Shown: one piece after another, positions 47,325-59,117 of the stretch | Layout: each line of letters opens with the position of its first letter | How positions within the stretch are numbered: position 1 is the stretch's first letter | DNA from: Myxococcota bacterium | Lineage (GTDB): Bacteria; Myxococcota_A; Polyangia; Nannocystales; Nannocystaceae | DNA: 64,000 nucleotides | Assembly (NCBI GenBank): GCA_039194325.1 | Contig: JBCCWC010000005.1 | Span: forward strand, 1-64,000 | Direction of reading: 5' to 3' | Notes under the pieces: generated by a model | Told to the model about the DNA's origin: nothing | Seen by the model: only the letters and a program-made list of their open reading frames with translations | Database searches by the model: none | Position numbers and translations under genes: made by a program

Positions 47325-48130
47325 CAGTACTCGTCGAACTCAGGGAGCGGGTCGTTGAAGTCCGCGGTCAACCTGATGCCCCTCGGACCGCCTCCTCGAC
47401 GGCGCTTCCATCGGGAGATCGCTGGGCCTCCGTAGGATTGCTCGCCAATGCTCGACCTAGCCTCCTCGAGGGCGGTGTCGAAGACTTCATCTGGAACGTA
47501 AGGTTGGAGAAGGCGGCGATAGGTGTCCCATAGAGCCGTGGCCAGGGTCTCGACAGTCGCAGCCGGTATGGCCCGCTCGAGTCCAGCGACCGCGACCGCA
47601 TGACACAGGGCGAAGAAAGTCTGCAACTCATCGCCCGGACCATGGAGCATGAGCTCAGGCTCTTCATAGAAGAGGACGACACCTTCGATCATCTGGCCGC
47701 GGCCTTGACTCATGAGGTATCGGAGAACCCGATGGTAGCCATCGAGGTATACCCGAGCACGAGGCGGAAGGTTGGGCAATGCCTCCCAGGGGTTCGCAGC
47801 TTCTTGTTCGACGGCGGCCACGACGCCTTCCGCCGTTACGGGGAGGGCTCCGCGCTCGATGAGGAGTTGGCGCAATGTAGGCTGGTAGTCCCGCCATACC
47901 GGTGACGCGATACGCCAGGCTTCGATGGCCTCAGACACGACTTGGTGAAGAGGCGCTCGCGCGAGCACATGCGTCAGCGGTGTGATCAACCACGCGCGGA
48001 GCCGACGAACGAACGTCACCTCGTCTGGATTGGGGAGCTCGGGTGTGGTCGACTCAGCCTCGACCACCTGAAGGGCGGGGGCCCCAGCCAGGCCCCTCAC
48101 ATGGAAAGAAGCGGATTCCACACCGAACAT
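47324..48130 (-). CDS. Hypothetical protein ending in an antitoxin-like tail (putative extended antitoxin)
   Basis: TGATG coupling to vapC; C-terminus 'KRRRGGGPRGIRLTADFNDPLPEFDEY'. Start uncertain (ATG 48130; ORF open to 48247). Confidence 0.7.
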   Translation of the reverse strand: MFGVESASFHVRGLAGAPALQVVEAESTTPELPNPDEVTFVRRLRAWLITPLTHVLARAPLHQVVSEAIEAWRIASPVWRDYQPTLRQLLIERGALPVTAEGVVAAVEQEAANPWEALPNLPPRARVYLDGYHRVLRYLMSQGRGQMIEGVVLFYEEPELMLHGPGDELQTFFALCHAVAVAGLERAIPAATVETLATALWDTYRRLLQPYVPDEVFDTALEEARSSIGEQSYGGPAISRWKRRRGGGPRGIRLTADFNDPLPEFDEY

Positions 48131-48484
48131 TGTAGCGCGAGAGCGATTGTTTCGTTCGGTGCAGGGACCTGCGTGAACCCCGGGCCACACCCCGCAGGGC
48201 CGATCCTCCGAGGTTTCGCAAAAAAATTTCGAGCACGATCGGCCCACCCACTGGCCACTTGAGGCCCACCCCTCATCCTACGTCGACGTCAAACCCCGGG
48301 TTCCGTTCCTCCTGGGTTCCGCATGCGCAGGACCGAGGCCGGGCGCGACGCAGTCGCGCATCCCGAGCCGGCCGCGGCATCACAGCCCCCCCCGGTCCAT
48401 CACCCGCCCACTAGACTGGAACCCTTTGTTCCATGGCCGAAAAAGACCAGATGACGGCCCTCGGGGTACCGTCATAGTGGCGGT

Positions 48485-48967
48485 ATGAGCTGGCGATCCC
48501 GTAGTCCTCTTCGAGGCCCTCGTACTTCCAAGGCATCCCCTTCGGCCGAGCTGCATGCGCGCATCGACGCACTGCGCCAGTGCTTCTTGAAGGCCAAGGA
48601 CCTGTCCGACCCTTTTTCGCGCTTCGACACCGATCTGGTGCCTCTGCCCGATTTCTTCTCTCATAGCCACGAGGGCACCCACCCCGTGTTGTGGGCGGCT
48701 GTGGAGTCCATCGCCCGGCGGGTGCGCTCCGACATCACGCTGGTGGACCATCTGATGTACCAGGTCCCGGGCACCGGGTTCTGGCACGGCATGGCCTGCA
48801 GCGCCCAGGAACTCGTCTTCTTCTACTACTTCGATTCCATCGCGATGGGCTTGGTCGGCATGCAAAACCCCTTCGATCCGAGCGGGCTGGGGCACTACAT
48901 AAGGTTCTCGGCCGTCACCCCGGTGGGCTCTTCGGCGCCGAGCAGAGCAGCACGTGCCTCGGCGTGA
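48485..48967 (+). CDS. Hypothetical protein
   Basis: 160-aa ORF with GC-ending codon bias ('GFWHG', 'FFYYFDSIAMGL'); no family recognised. Confidence 0.7.
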   Translation: MSWRSRSPLRGPRTSKASPSAELHARIDALRQCFLKAKDLSDPFSRFDTDLVPLPDFFSHSHEGTHPVLWAAVESIARRVRSDITLVDHLMYQVPGTGFWHGMACSAQELVFFYYFDSIAMGLVGMQNPFDPSGLGHYIRFSAVTPVGSSAPSRAARASA

Positions 48968-48986
48968 GTCGTTGGCAGAGCTCCGC

Positions 48987-49091
48987 TCAGCCTTCCAGGC
49001 GCCGAGTGAGCCACTCGCTGATGACGGGTGGGTAGCCCACGAGGCTCGCGAAGGCGTTGCGCAGGGTCGAGGTGATCGTGTCGATGTTCAT
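48987..49091 (-). CDS. Putative 34-aa small protein MNIDTITSTLRNAFASLVGYPPVISEWLTRRLEG
   Basis: 31 of 34 codons end in G/C; purine-rich GGAAGCGAG before the ATG. Confidence 0.55.
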   Translation of the reverse strand: MNIDTITSTLRNAFASLVGYPPVISEWLTRRLEG

Positions 49092-49280
49092 CTCGCTTCC
49101 GGTAGTACCCAGGCCCTGACGATCGATTGCGCCGCGGGTCGATTTTTGGCTCGCCATGACGATCCCAGGGCCCGCACGTCCTTTTGCGTCGTTCGTTCGA
49201 ATTCCGAGGTTCGGCCTCCTCCGAGCGCGACGACGCAACCGTACTTGGGCTCACCGAGTTCGGGCATTCCGGACTCGGGC

Positions 49281-50492
49281 CTACCGAATGCGGGCTTTTC
49301 GGTGGAGCGAGCGTCGCGTGGCGCGCTGGAGCATTGGGGCCGGATTCACGGGTTTTTCGCCGTGGCGCAGCTCCAGATAGGCGGTCGTACCCAGCCCGTC
49401 GTCCGTGGCTTTGGGCGCCACCGAGGCGATCCGCTCTCCCGCGTCGACCGTCTCGCCCTCCTCCACGGCCACTTTCCACAGCCGTCCCAGCATCGACAGC
49501 TGGCCGGCCCCGTGGTCGATGACCACCACCTGCTCGAATCCGGGCAGCTCGGCCACCATCACCACCCGTCCGTCGGCGGGCGCGCGCACGGTCTCGTCGC
49601 GCCGGGCCGCCAGTTCGACCCCGTTGCGCACCATGGGCAAGCGCAGCACGGGGTCCTCATAGGCGCCGAACCGTCCGACCAGTCGTCCTCGCACCGGTCG
49701 TACCAGCGTGCCTCCAACACCGCCCCCTTGCAGTGCCTCCAGCTCGCGCCAGCGTGCGCTCAGCTCCGCCAGACGCTCGCGATGCGCTCGGCGTGCCCGG
49801 TCGCCGGTCGACGACCCCGACAGCAATGTCTGTCGCGTCTTGCGAGCCCGCTGCAGCGCGGGGGCGGTCGCCGTCATCGCGATCGCCGTCAGCTCGCCTT
49901 GCATGTCGTGCACGGTGGCCAGGACCGACAGCGTCTGCAGCTGCCGCTCGGCGTGCAGCAGTTCATCGCGGGCGCGTCGCTCCGCTCGCTGGTACGCCGA
50001 AAGCTCGCGCAGATCGTGTCGTACCAGCCAGCGCAACCTCCGGCCCCGGGCCAGCCGATCCGCGGTGGTCGGCTCCTGGCGTCCTATGTCTTCGAACATC
50101 AGCCGGGCCACGCCGCCGCGTGCGGCCTTGACCATCGCTCGCGCTCGGCGGCGGGCGATCTGCTCCCGCTCGCCACGTCCGGCTCGATAGGCGCTCAGCC
50201 GACGCACGCTCTCTGCACCCGCATGGTCGAGGAGCGCCGCGCTGTACTCGGCACCGGCCTGCTCCCGCTCGAGCGCGGCCACGGCCCGCTCCAGGTCCAC
50301 CGCCTGCCGGGCCAACCCCAGCTCGGCATCCAGAGCGGCACCGAACCGGTCGCTCAACTGGTCGCTCAACCGGTCGCCCAATCGGTGCCAATCACTGCGG
50401 GCCGACGCAGGCATCGCTGCCAGCGCCAGCCCCAAGGCCACGATTCCCCAGGTGATTGTACGTCGAGCCACGGGCAACTCAGACCTCGGCAT
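49281..50492 (-). CDS. envC: EnvC-like murein hydrolase activator (coiled coil plus degenerate M23/LytM)
   Basis: Downstream of ftsX; 'PVRGRLVGRFG', 'RNGVEL', 'VVVIDHG', 'LELRHG...NP'. Zn-ligand histidines appear absent, as expected for EnvC. Confidence 0.8.
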   Translation of the reverse strand: MPRSELPVARRTITWGIVALGLALAAMPASARSDWHRLGDRLSDQLSDRFGAALDAELGLARQAVDLERAVAALEREQAGAEYSAALLDHAGAESVRRLSAYRAGRGEREQIARRRARAMVKAARGGVARLMFEDIGRQEPTTADRLARGRRLRWLVRHDLRELSAYQRAERRARDELLHAERQLQTLSVLATVHDMQGELTAIAMTATAPALQRARKTRQTLLSGSSTGDRARRAHRERLAELSARWRELEALQGGGVGGTLVRPVRGRLVGRFGAYEDPVLRLPMVRNGVELAARRDETVRAPADGRVVMVAELPGFEQVVVIDHGAGQLSMLGRLWKVAVEEGETVDAGERIASVAPKATDDGLGTTAYLELRHGEKPVNPAPMLQRATRRSLHRKARIR

Positions 50493-51390
50493 AACGAGCG
50501 ACCGCCGCGCGAGCTCCCACCAGGCCCAGCCCGGCCCCGAAGGCCACGCCCACCGCCAGCTCGATGGGATTGAAGAAATGCAGCGCTCCCGCCGCGAACA
50601 CCAGCGACAGCCCCTGCTCGAGGAACGGATGGATCGCATCGAAGCCCAGCCACAGCATGCCGAGGGCCAACGCGGCCCCGAGCGCTCCTTGGACCAGGCC
50701 CTCGAAGACGAAGGGCCCGTGCACGAAACGATTGGTCCCCCCGACCAGCCGAAGGATCTGGATCTCGGCCCGCCGCGCATAGACCCCCAGCCGGATCGTG
50801 CTCCACACGATGGCCATACACGCCAGGCTGACCAGCAGGCCTGCCCCCAGGGCGAGTTCCTCCATGGTCTGCATCAACGCACGAGCGCGACCCGCCCAGT
50901 CCCCGACCACCGCGACCTCCTCGACCACCGGCAACTCCCCGAGGTGCTCGGCCAGCACGTGGCCAAAGTTGGGGTCGGTGCCAGGAGCCAGATCGATCTC
51001 CAGCGATCCGGGCAACACCGAGGGGTCGAGCCCGTCCAGCATCGAGCTGTCCTCGCCCAGCCCTTCGAAGAGCCGCTGCATGGCCAGCTCGGGGCTGACC
51101 TGCTCGACGTGGACCACCTCGGGCAGGGTCTGCAGGCGCTCGACCGCGGCGGTCACCTGCTCGGGATCGGGGTCGTCCACCAGGTAGACGGTCACGGGGA
51201 CGTCGAGCCCCCACGCCTGAACCATCTGCTGGGTGTTGCTCCACACCAGCATGACCAGGCCCAGCAGCAGCATGCACACGGCCATGGTGCTGACCGCCAG
51301 CAGCTGCACGGCCGGGGCCTGGCCCATGCCTCGCAGCCCGCGGGTCATCACGTACGACAGCGAGTAGATCGGGCGCAGCAGTCGTTGCAT
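50479..51390 (-). CDS. ftsX: Cell division ABC transporter permease FtsX
   Basis: 'VTVYL', 'LPGSLEI', 'TIRLGVYARRAEIQILRLVGGTNRFVHGPFVFEG'. Confidence 0.92.
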   Translation of the reverse strand: MQRLLRPIYSLSYVMTRGLRGMGQAPAVQLLAVSTMAVCMLLLGLVMLVWSNTQQMVQAWGLDVPVTVYLVDDPDPEQVTAAVERLQTLPEVVHVEQVSPELAMQRLFEGLGEDSSMLDGLDPSVLPGSLEIDLAPGTDPNFGHVLAEHLGELPVVEEVAVVGDWAGRARALMQTMEELALGAGLLVSLACMAIVWSTIRLGVYARRAEIQILRLVGGTNRFVHGPFVFEGLVQGALGAALALGMLWLGFDAIHPFLEQGLSLVFAAGALHFFNPIELAVGVAFGAGLGLVGARAAVARYAEV

Positions 51391-52196
51391 CACGCCACCG
51401 CCCCGGCCGGCTCGGGCCACACGGCGGGAAGGATCGCCGGGATGTCATCGTCGTCGCAGTGCAGATCGACCGAATCCAAGGGGTCCAATGCATCCATGGC
51501 ATCCATGGAATCGGTCGGGTCGGCCAGGCAGACCAGGCGCCCGTGCTCGAGGTGGATCTGCTGGGTCAGCGAGGCATGGTGCATGACCAGCGGGTCATGG
51601 GTCGCCACGAGCACGGTGGTGCCGCGCTCGCAGATCCCCGCGAGCAGGTCGAGGATCTCGCGGGACAGCCGGGGGTCGAGGTTCCCGGTGGGCTCGTCCG
51701 CCAGCAAGATCGCCGGCTCTCCCGCCAACGCCCGGGCGATCGCCACCCGCTGCTGTTCGCCGCCCGACAGGCATCGGGCAGGGCGGCGCATGAAGGGGTC
51801 GAGCTCCACCTGGTGCAGCGCCGACGCGGCCCGCTCCCGCACCTCGCGCCGGGGCATGCCCAGCACCTGCAGGGCCAGGGCTACGTTCTCCATGGGCGTG
51901 GCATCCAGCAGCAGCTTGAAGTCCTGAAACACGGCGCCCACGTTGCGTCGCAGGTAGGGGATGCTGCCTTTGCGCAAACGATGGATGTCGCGACCGGCGA
52001 CGCGGATCGATCCGTGGTCGGGGCGCTCCATGGCGAGCACCAACTTCAGCAGCGTGCTCTTGCCTGCGCCCGAAGGGCCCATGAGCACGGCAAAGGCCCC
52101 TTCGTCGACGGAAAAGCTCACCCCGCGCAACGCAGCGGCTTTCTTGCGGCCGCGGCCGTAGGTCATCGTGACGTCACAAAACTCGATGATGGCCAT
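51390..52196 (-). CDS. ftsE: Cell division ATP-binding protein FtsE
   Basis: GPSGAGKST, '[18 protein letters not shown]', LSGGEQQR, '[10 protein letters not shown]'; coupled to ftsX. Confidence 0.93.
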   Translation of the reverse strand: MAIIEFCDVTMTYGRGRKKAAALRGVSFSVDEGAFAVLMGPSGAGKSTLLKLVLAMERPDHGSIRVAGRDIHRLRKGSIPYLRRNVGAVFQDFKLLLDATPMENVALALQVLGMPRREVRERAASALHQVELDPFMRRPARCLSGGEQQRVAIARALAGEPAILLADEPTGNLDPRLSREILDLLAGICERGTTVLVATHDPLVMHHASLTQQIHLEHGRLVCLADPTDSMDAMDALDPLDSVDLHCDDDDIPAILPAVWPEPAGAVA

Positions 52197-52546
52197 GGTG
52201 CCCTCGGTGACCTTCCAAGCACGTTGGGTCGTTCGGGTCCAAAAATCAGCGAAACCCTGGTCGTACCGTCGCGCGATCGCGCGGGCGACGTTTTGCTTGG
52301 CTCCCCACGCCGATCCGGCGTGGTGGGTGTGTCCCGATGATCGCGGGGTACGCAAACCGGTCATCCGAGTGGCTCGGATCGGACACTCCGGAGGCAGACA
52401 CGCCGGCATCAGTGGTCATCTACGATTGACATCGTGTCATGCGCACTGTCCGCAGTCGTTGAACTCCCTACGCTAACTCCCAAGATCTCTTGGATCCACG
52501 AATTGAGCAGGAACAGGCACGAAGCTTGCTCAGTAGTGAGTCGACC

Positions 52547-53860
<1,314 letters not shown>

Positions 53861-53894
53861 GCCTCGGCCTCTCTGTTCTTACCCTTCGCTGGCC

Positions 53895-54248
53895 TTACCC
53901 TTCGCTGGGAGCCCACACCGCCAGCTCGTTCCCGCTGGGATCGGCGAAGTGAAAGCGTTGGCCTCCGGGAAACGAGAACGGCTCCTTGACGATCGTCCCG
54001 CCCGCGCGCTTGACCGCATCGACGCTGCCTTCCAGATCCTCGGAGAAGAGGATCACCAGCGGCCCTCCTCGCGTCACCTCCTCGACGCGAGCGAGTCCCC
54101 CGACCTCACGCTGTGGCCCCTGGATCCCCGCATAGCCGGGACCGTAGTCGTTGAACGACCAGCCGAAGGCTTCCGCATAGAACCGCTTGGCCGCGTCGAG
54201 ATCCGTGACCGAGAGCTCGATATAGTCGATCGCGTGGTGGGTATGCAC
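53895..54248 (-). CDS. VOC/glyoxalase family protein
   Basis: 'IDYIEL.VTDL.AAKRFY..AFGWSF.DYGP.Y', 'FPGG.RFHFADPSGNELAVW'. A 16-bp duplication (ttacccttcgctgg) sits at the stop. Confidence 0.9.
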   Translation of the reverse strand: MHTHHAIDYIELSVTDLDAAKRFYAEAFGWSFNDYGPGYAGIQGPQREVGGLARVEEVTRGGPLVILFSEDLEGSVDAVKRAGGTIVKEPFSFPGGQRFHFADPSGNELAVWAPSEG

Positions 54249-54418
54249 GCTCGGACCATGCCACAGGCGCGCGAATCGACTACGGGACGACGGGTCCCCC
54301 ATCGCGCCGCTGAAGAGCAACCCCCGCCCGATTTGTGTCTTGGGTCACAGTCATGATGACCCTGGATCATGTCCCGCGCCGATCGGGGGCGAATTTAGCG
54401 CATCTATACCTATACCTC

Positions 54419-54479
54419 GCCTCGGTTTGGCCTCGGTTTGGCCTCGGTTTGGCCTCGGTTTGGCCTCGGTTTGGCCTCG
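54419..54479. repeat. 11-bp tandem repeat x5.5 (gcctcggtttg), intergenic
   Basis: Five perfect units plus a partial one, no spacers. Confidence 0.95.
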
Positions 54480-54618
54480 AACCCGCGACGCCCGACCCGC
54501 GACACCATCCATCGGCTGGCCTCCATCGCGCGACCAGGGAGCCATTGGGCCCACCCAGAGCACGGTTCGAGCGCAAAAGAGGCCCTTTTCGCACGTAGCG
54601 GTTCTGTGACAAGGGCCC

Positions 54619-54664
54619 AAAACCGCGAAGGGGGCACGACGCCCATTCGCCGTGCCCCCTCGCG
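54619..54664 (-). terminator. Probable intrinsic terminator of nrdJ
   Basis: Long hairpin cgcgaagggggcacg...cgtgccccctcgcg followed on the minus strand by GTTTT, about 35 nt after the stop. Confidence 0.65.
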
Positions 54665-54697
54665 AGTTGCCGATTCTCTGTAACTCGTACCTTTAGG

Positions 54698-57600
54698 TTA
54701 GCTGCACCCGGAGGTTGCGCCACAAGTGTTGCACTTGAGACATGACCCGTTCCGGACCATGGTGAAACTCTGACAGCTGGGGCACATATCCCCTGTGTAG
54801 CCCTGCGCGCGGGCCTTGGACACCTCTGCGCTGAGGTTGGCCGCGGCCTTCATCTGTTCGCGCCGCTCGGTCTTGCGCCCGTTGCCTCCATTGGCTGGCG
54901 CGACCTCGGCCGCCGCCTGGGTGCGATCTTCGAACTCGATGGTGTTCTTCTTGCGGTCGGCTTCGAGGACCACGGAGCTCGGCGGGGCCACCGCCAGCTT
55001 GAGAGGGCCAGGAGTGACCACACGCTCCTCGAGCACCTCCTCGGTCTCGTGCACCTCGACCACCCGCTCGTCCACGACTTCCTCGTCGCCGTAGTCCACG
55101 CCTCGCTCCATGTTGTCGTCACGCCCGGTGGTGTCGGGCGCGAGATCGTCGGGGGGGACGTGGGCCAGATCGTGACGACCCAGGTAGCTGATGGCCAGCT
55201 CGCGGAAGATGTAGTCGATGATGCTCGTCGACATCTTGATGTGCGGATGACCTTGCACCGGACCGTTGGGCTCGAAGCGCGTGAAGGTGAAGGCCTCCAC
55301 GTACTCTTCGAGCGGCACGCCGTACTGCATGCCGAGGCTGATGGCAATCGCAAAGCAGTTCATCAAGCTGCGGAAGGCGGCGCCTTCCTTGTGCATGTCG
55401 ATGAAGATCTCGCCGAGCGAGCCATCCGAGTACTCGCCGGTGTGAATATAGACCTTGTGGCCCCCGATCGTGGCCTTTTGGGTATAGCCACCTCGACGAT
55501 CGGGCATCTTGCGGCGCTTGGCAAGGTACCGATAGACCATCTTCTCGGAGATCTTCTCAACCACCCGAGGTCGCGTGGTCGCCGCCGCCACGGGGACTTC
55601 GTCGACGACCTCGTCCTCCATGTCGTCTTCGAGCTCGCCGAGCAGGGCGGCCGACAGGGGCTGGCTGAGCTTGGAGCCGTCGCGATAGAGCGCAATCGCC
55701 TTGAGCGCCAGCTTCCACGATTGCATGTAGACCTCTTCGACCTCCTCGACCGTCGCCTCGCCGGGCATGTTGATGGTCTTGGAGATCGCGCCCGAGAGGA
55801 ACGGCTGGGCCGCCGCCATCATGTAGACATGGGCCATGGGCGCGATGAAGCGCCGACCATAGCGACCACACTTGTTGGCACAGTCGAAGGCGGGCAGATG
55901 CTCGACCTCGAGGTGGGGCGCCCCCTCGAGGGTCATGGTACCGCACACATGATCATTGGCGATCCGCACGTCCTCGGCGCTAAAGCCCAGCGCCGAGAGC
56001 ATGTCGAAGGTGGGATCGGCCAGCTGCTGCTCGGAAAAGCCCAGCACCGTGGTGCAGAACTCGTCCCCGAGGATCCAGCGGTTGAATACGAACCCGATCT
56101 CGAACGCCTGGGGCAGCTCCTTTTCGAGCTTGGCGATGAGCTCCTCGGTGAACCCCTTGGCCTTGAGCTGGGCATGGGTGATCCGCGGGCTGCCCACGAG
56201 GCTGCCGGCGCCCCGGCAGTACCGCACGATGTCGTCGATCTGCACCGCGTCGTAGCCCAGGCCGCGGAGCGCCCGAGGCACGGACTGGTTGATGATCTTG
56301 AAGTACCCGCCGCCGGCGAGCTTCTTGAACTTGACCAGCGCGAAGTCGGGCTCGATGCCGGTCGTGTCGCAGTCCATCAATAGCCCGATGGTGCCAGTCG
56401 GCGCGATCACGGTGACCTGCGCGTTGCGGTAGCCGTGGGCCTGGCCGCGGGTGAGCGCGTCGTCCCAGGCCGTGCGCGCGGCCCCGAGCAGGTACTCGGG
56501 GCAGGCATTGGCGTCGATGCCCATGGGGGTGACGGCCAGGCCTTCGTAGTCGCTCGCCGGCGCGGCGTAGGCCGCTCGCCGGTGGTTGCGGATCACCCGC
56601 AGCATGCTGTCGGCGTTGCGCTCGTAGCCGGGGAAGGTCCCCAGCTCGGACGCGAGCTCGGCCGAGGTCGCGTAGCACACCCCGGTCATCAGGGCGGTGA
56701 TTGCCCCGCAGATCGCGACCGCCCGCGGCGAGTCGTAGGGCAGGCCCGAGACCATGAAGTAGGTGCCGAGGTTGGCGTAGCCCAGCCCCAGGGTGCGATA
56801 GCGATACGACAGCTCGGCGATCGTCTTGGAGGGGAACTGAGCCATCAGCACGGAGATCTCGAGCGCGATCGTCCAGATCCGGCAGGCGTGCTGCACGGCC
56901 TCGATGTCGATCGAGCCGTCGGTGCCCACGTACTTCATGAGGTTGAGCGACGCCAGGTTGCAGGCCGTGTCGTCGAGGAACATGTACTCGGAGCACGGGT
57001 TGCTGGCGTTGATCCGCCCCGAGGCGGGGCAGGTGTGCCACTCGTTGATGGTGGTGTCGAACTGGAGGCCGGGGTCGGCGCAGCTCCAGGCCCCGAACGC
57101 GATCTTGTTCCATAGATCGCGCGCCGGCAGGGTCTTGGACACCGACCCGCCGACCCGGCGGGTCAGCTTCCACTCCGCGTCGCTCTCCACCGCCTCGAGG
57201 AAGGCATTGGACAGGCGCACCGAGTTGTTGGAGTTCTGGCCGGCGACCGTGCCGTAGGCATCGGAGTCCCAGCCGGTGTCGTACTCGTCGAACTCGATGG
57301 CGGTCACGCCTTGCCGACCGAGCTGGAGCGAGCGCTGAATGTAGTTCTCGGGCACGTGGGCCCGGCGAGCGTTGCGGATGGCGGTGCGTAGCGCTCGGTT
57401 GTGCTTGGGGTCGAAGCGCTGCGATGGGTCCAGATCGCCAGACGGCGAAGGGGCCCCATGGGCCGCGTGCAACACCGCGTTGAGGTGCTCGTTGCACGCC
57501 TTGGAGCCAGCCACCAGCGCGGCGACCTTTTGCTCCTCGACCACCTTCCAGTCGATGAACTTCTCGACGTCGGGGTGGTCGATGTCGACCACGACCATCT

Positions 57601-58435
57601 TGGCCGCGCGCCGGGTGGTGCCGCCGCTCTTGATCGCGCCCGCGGCCCGGTCGCCGATCCGCAAGAAGCTCATCAAGCCGCTGCTGCGACCGCCGCCGGA
57701 CAGCGGCTCTCCCTCGGCGCGGATGTTGGAGAAGTTGGTGCCGGTCCCCGATCCATATTTGAACAGCCGCGCTTCACGGACCCACAGATCCATGATGCCG
57801 CCGTCGGAGACCAGGTCGTCCCCCACCGACTGGATGAAGCAGGCGTGGGGCTGCGGGCGGGTGTAGGCGTCGGACGAGCGACGCACGCGGCCGGTCTGCG
57901 GCTCGCAGTAGTAGTGCCCCTGCGCCGGCCCGGTGATGCCATAGGCCCAGTTGAGCCCGGTGTTGAACCACTGCGGGCTGTTGGGCGCCGCCATCTGGGT
58001 GGCGAGCATGTAGAGCATCTCGTCGCGGAAGGCTCGGGCCGAGTCCTCGTCGCTGAAGTAGCCGTGGCGCCAGCCCCAGTAGGTCCAGCAGCCCGCCAGG
58101 CGCTCGAAGACCTCGCGGCTGTCCTGCTCGCCGCGCGTGCGCTGATCCTCGGACAGCTCGGCGAGCTCCTCGTCGTCGGCCTCGCTACGCCACAGCCACT
58201 CGGGCACGTCGGGCTCGGGCACTCGACGCAGGCGCGTGGGCACGCCGGCCTTGCGGAAGTACTTCTGCGCCAAGATGTCGACGGCGACCTGAGACCACCC
58301 CTTGGGAACCGCGATGTCCTTGGCCTCGAACACCACCGAACCATTCGGGTTGGCGATGCGGGAGCTGCGGTTCTCGAACTCGATACCGTCGAAGGGTCGA
58401 GTGTGATCAGAGGTGAAGAGGCGGGCGACCTTCAT
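54698..58435 (-). CDS. nrdJ: Vitamin B12-dependent (class II) ribonucleotide reductase with C-terminal TSCPD and Zn-ribbon domains
   Basis: 'PNSPQWFN', 'QPHACFI', 'GSGTG.NFS', '[11 protein letters not shown]', 'NPCSEY', 'APTGTI', 'AISKTIN', terminal 'CPSC...[14 protein letters not shown]'. Confidence 0.96.
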   Translation of the reverse strand: MKVARLFTSDHTRPFDGIEFENRSSRIANPNGSVVFEAKDIAVPKGWSQVAVDILAQKYFRKAGVPTRLRRVPEPDVPEWLWRSEADDEELAELSEDQRTRGEQDSREVFERLAGCWTYWGWRHGYFSDEDSARAFRDEMLYMLATQMAAPNSPQWFNTGLNWAYGITGPAQGHYYCEPQTGRVRRSSDAYTRPQPHACFIQSVGDDLVSDGGIMDLWVREARLFKYGSGTGTNFSNIRAEGEPLSGGGRSSGLMSFLRIGDRAAGAIKSGGTTRRAAKMVVVDIDHPDVEKFIDWKVVEEQKVAALVAGSKACNEHLNAVLHAAHGAPSPSGDLDPSQRFDPKHNRALRTAIRNARRAHVPENYIQRSLQLGRQGVTAIEFDEYDTGWDSDAYGTVAGQNSNNSVRLSNAFLEAVESDAEWKLTRRVGGSVSKTLPARDLWNKIAFGAWSCADPGLQFDTTINEWHTCPASGRINASNPCSEYMFLDDTACNLASLNLMKYVGTDGSIDIEAVQHACRIWTIALEISVLMAQFPSKTIAELSYRYRTLGLGYANLGTYFMVSGLPYDSPRAVAICGAITALMTGVCYATSAELASELGTFPGYERNADSMLRVIRNHRRAAYAAPASDYEGLAVTPMGIDANACPEYLLGAARTAWDDALTRGQAHGYRNAQVTVIAPTGTIGLLMDCDTTGIEPDFALVKFKKLAGGGYFKIINQSVPRALRGLGYDAVQIDDIVRYCRGAGSLVGSPRITHAQLKAKGFTEELIAKLEKELPQAFEIGFVFNRWILGDEFCTTVLGFSEQQLADPTFDMLSALGFSAEDVRIANDHVCGTMTLEGAPHLEVEHLPAFDCANKCGRYGRRFIAPMAHVYMMAAAQPFLSGAISKTINMPGEATVEEVEEVYMQSWKLALKAIALYRDGSKLSQPLSAALLGELEDDMEDEVVDEVPVAAATTRPRVVEKISEKMVYRYLAKRRKMPDRRGGYTQKATIGGHKVYIHTGEYSDGSLGEIFIDMHKEGAAFRSLMNCFAIAISLGMQYGVPLEEYVEAFTFTRFEPNGPVQGHPHIKMSTSIIDYIFRELAISYLGRHDLAHVPPDDLAPDTTGRDDNMERGVDYGDEEVVDERVVEVHETEEVLEERVVTPGPLKLAVAPPSSVVLEADRKKNTIEFEDRTQAAAEVAPANGGNGRKTERREQMKAAANLSAEVSKARAQGYTGDMCPSCQSFTMVRNGSCLKCNTCGATSGCS

Positions 58436-58792
58436 GGGGGGTGAGTGCTCCGAAGACGATGACCAAAGAGTGCGAACGAGGTGAGCGCGGTAGAAGAAAA
58501 GAGCGGGAGCGTAGGAGCACGACTGGGGAGCGGGACCCTGGCGGGCACCGCTCGAGCCTGGGACGGCGAGTCTGGAATTCTCTGAACAAAAGACCAGCTT
58601 CGGATGACCTGTGCTCCAAAAGAGCACGAGGGCACCGTCGCCCTACCGAACGAGGGTGGGGGCACCGATCGATCGGTTTGTTCGCCGTGGTCGGCCTTGT
58701 CGTCTCGTAGTCCTGGATTTTGCCGAGCAGACTGGGGTGAGGCTCGGCTGGGGGTGGGTACCGAACTCCGGGTCTCCCTGGAGTCGCGCTAC

Positions 58793-58839
58793 CCCCAACC
58801 CGTTGGGTTGGAGCACCTATAAACCACAACATATGGGGG
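58793..58839. promoter_or_regulatory. Tandem NrdR-box-like sites
   Basis: ccacaacatatggggg (58824-58839) fits acaCwAtATaTwGtgt. A weaker palindromic ccccaacccgttgggt (58793-58808) starts 31 nt away, a typical NrdR tandem spacing. Confidence 0.7.
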
Positions 58840-58873
58840 CACGCAAGAAGTCGACACACCGAGGGCCCTGAAT

Positions 58874-59117
58874 TGGTCCACAATACCGGCCCGTGGGCCG
58901 GTCCCTCTCATCCCCAAGTCATCCACAGGGTTGTCCCCAGTCTTTGTCACGGAATGACGTCATCCGTGGAGACCGTGCGGACTGCGCAATTCGGGCCGGA
59001 CGGTCCCCGATCGCTGTCCCCTGGACCCGGCCAGAACCGTGCCATCCGTTCGACGCAGGCGCACCCACTTCGGCCTACCTGCGCGATTTTGAACGAGTAT
59101 TCCCCATTCCATCCCCA
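58874..59117 (+). promoter_or_regulatory. Cluster of DnaA-box-like 9-mers
   Basis: TGGTCCACA 58874, TCATCCCCA 58908, TCATCCACA 58919, TTGTCCCCA 58931; weaker TATTCCCCA 59098 and CCATCCCCA 59109. All are on the same strand. Confidence 0.55.

Noticed and set aside
52426..52439. TTGACA / TGACA-N3-TGTCA site between ftsE and the kinase
   Set aside because: No matching -10 at proper spacing, and a 5-bp half-site palindrome is too short to support alone.
54419..54479. CRISPR array
   Set aside because: 11-bp contiguous units with no spacers and no cas genes; simple tandem repeat.
54698..58435. Intein in the long NrdJ
   Set aside because: The canonical insertion sites (QPHA/CFI and SNP/CSEY) are uninterrupted; the length is explained by the fused C-terminal domains.
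58436..58790. Cobalamin riboswitch in the nrdJ leader
   Set aside because: Hairpins are present, but I could not find the conserved B12-box or GGGAA/GCCACTG elements on the minus strand.
58874..59117. Replication origin (oriC)
   Set aside because: Boxes are few and imperfect, there is no AT-rich unwinding element, and no dnaA/dnaN neighbour. A regulatory role is more plausible.
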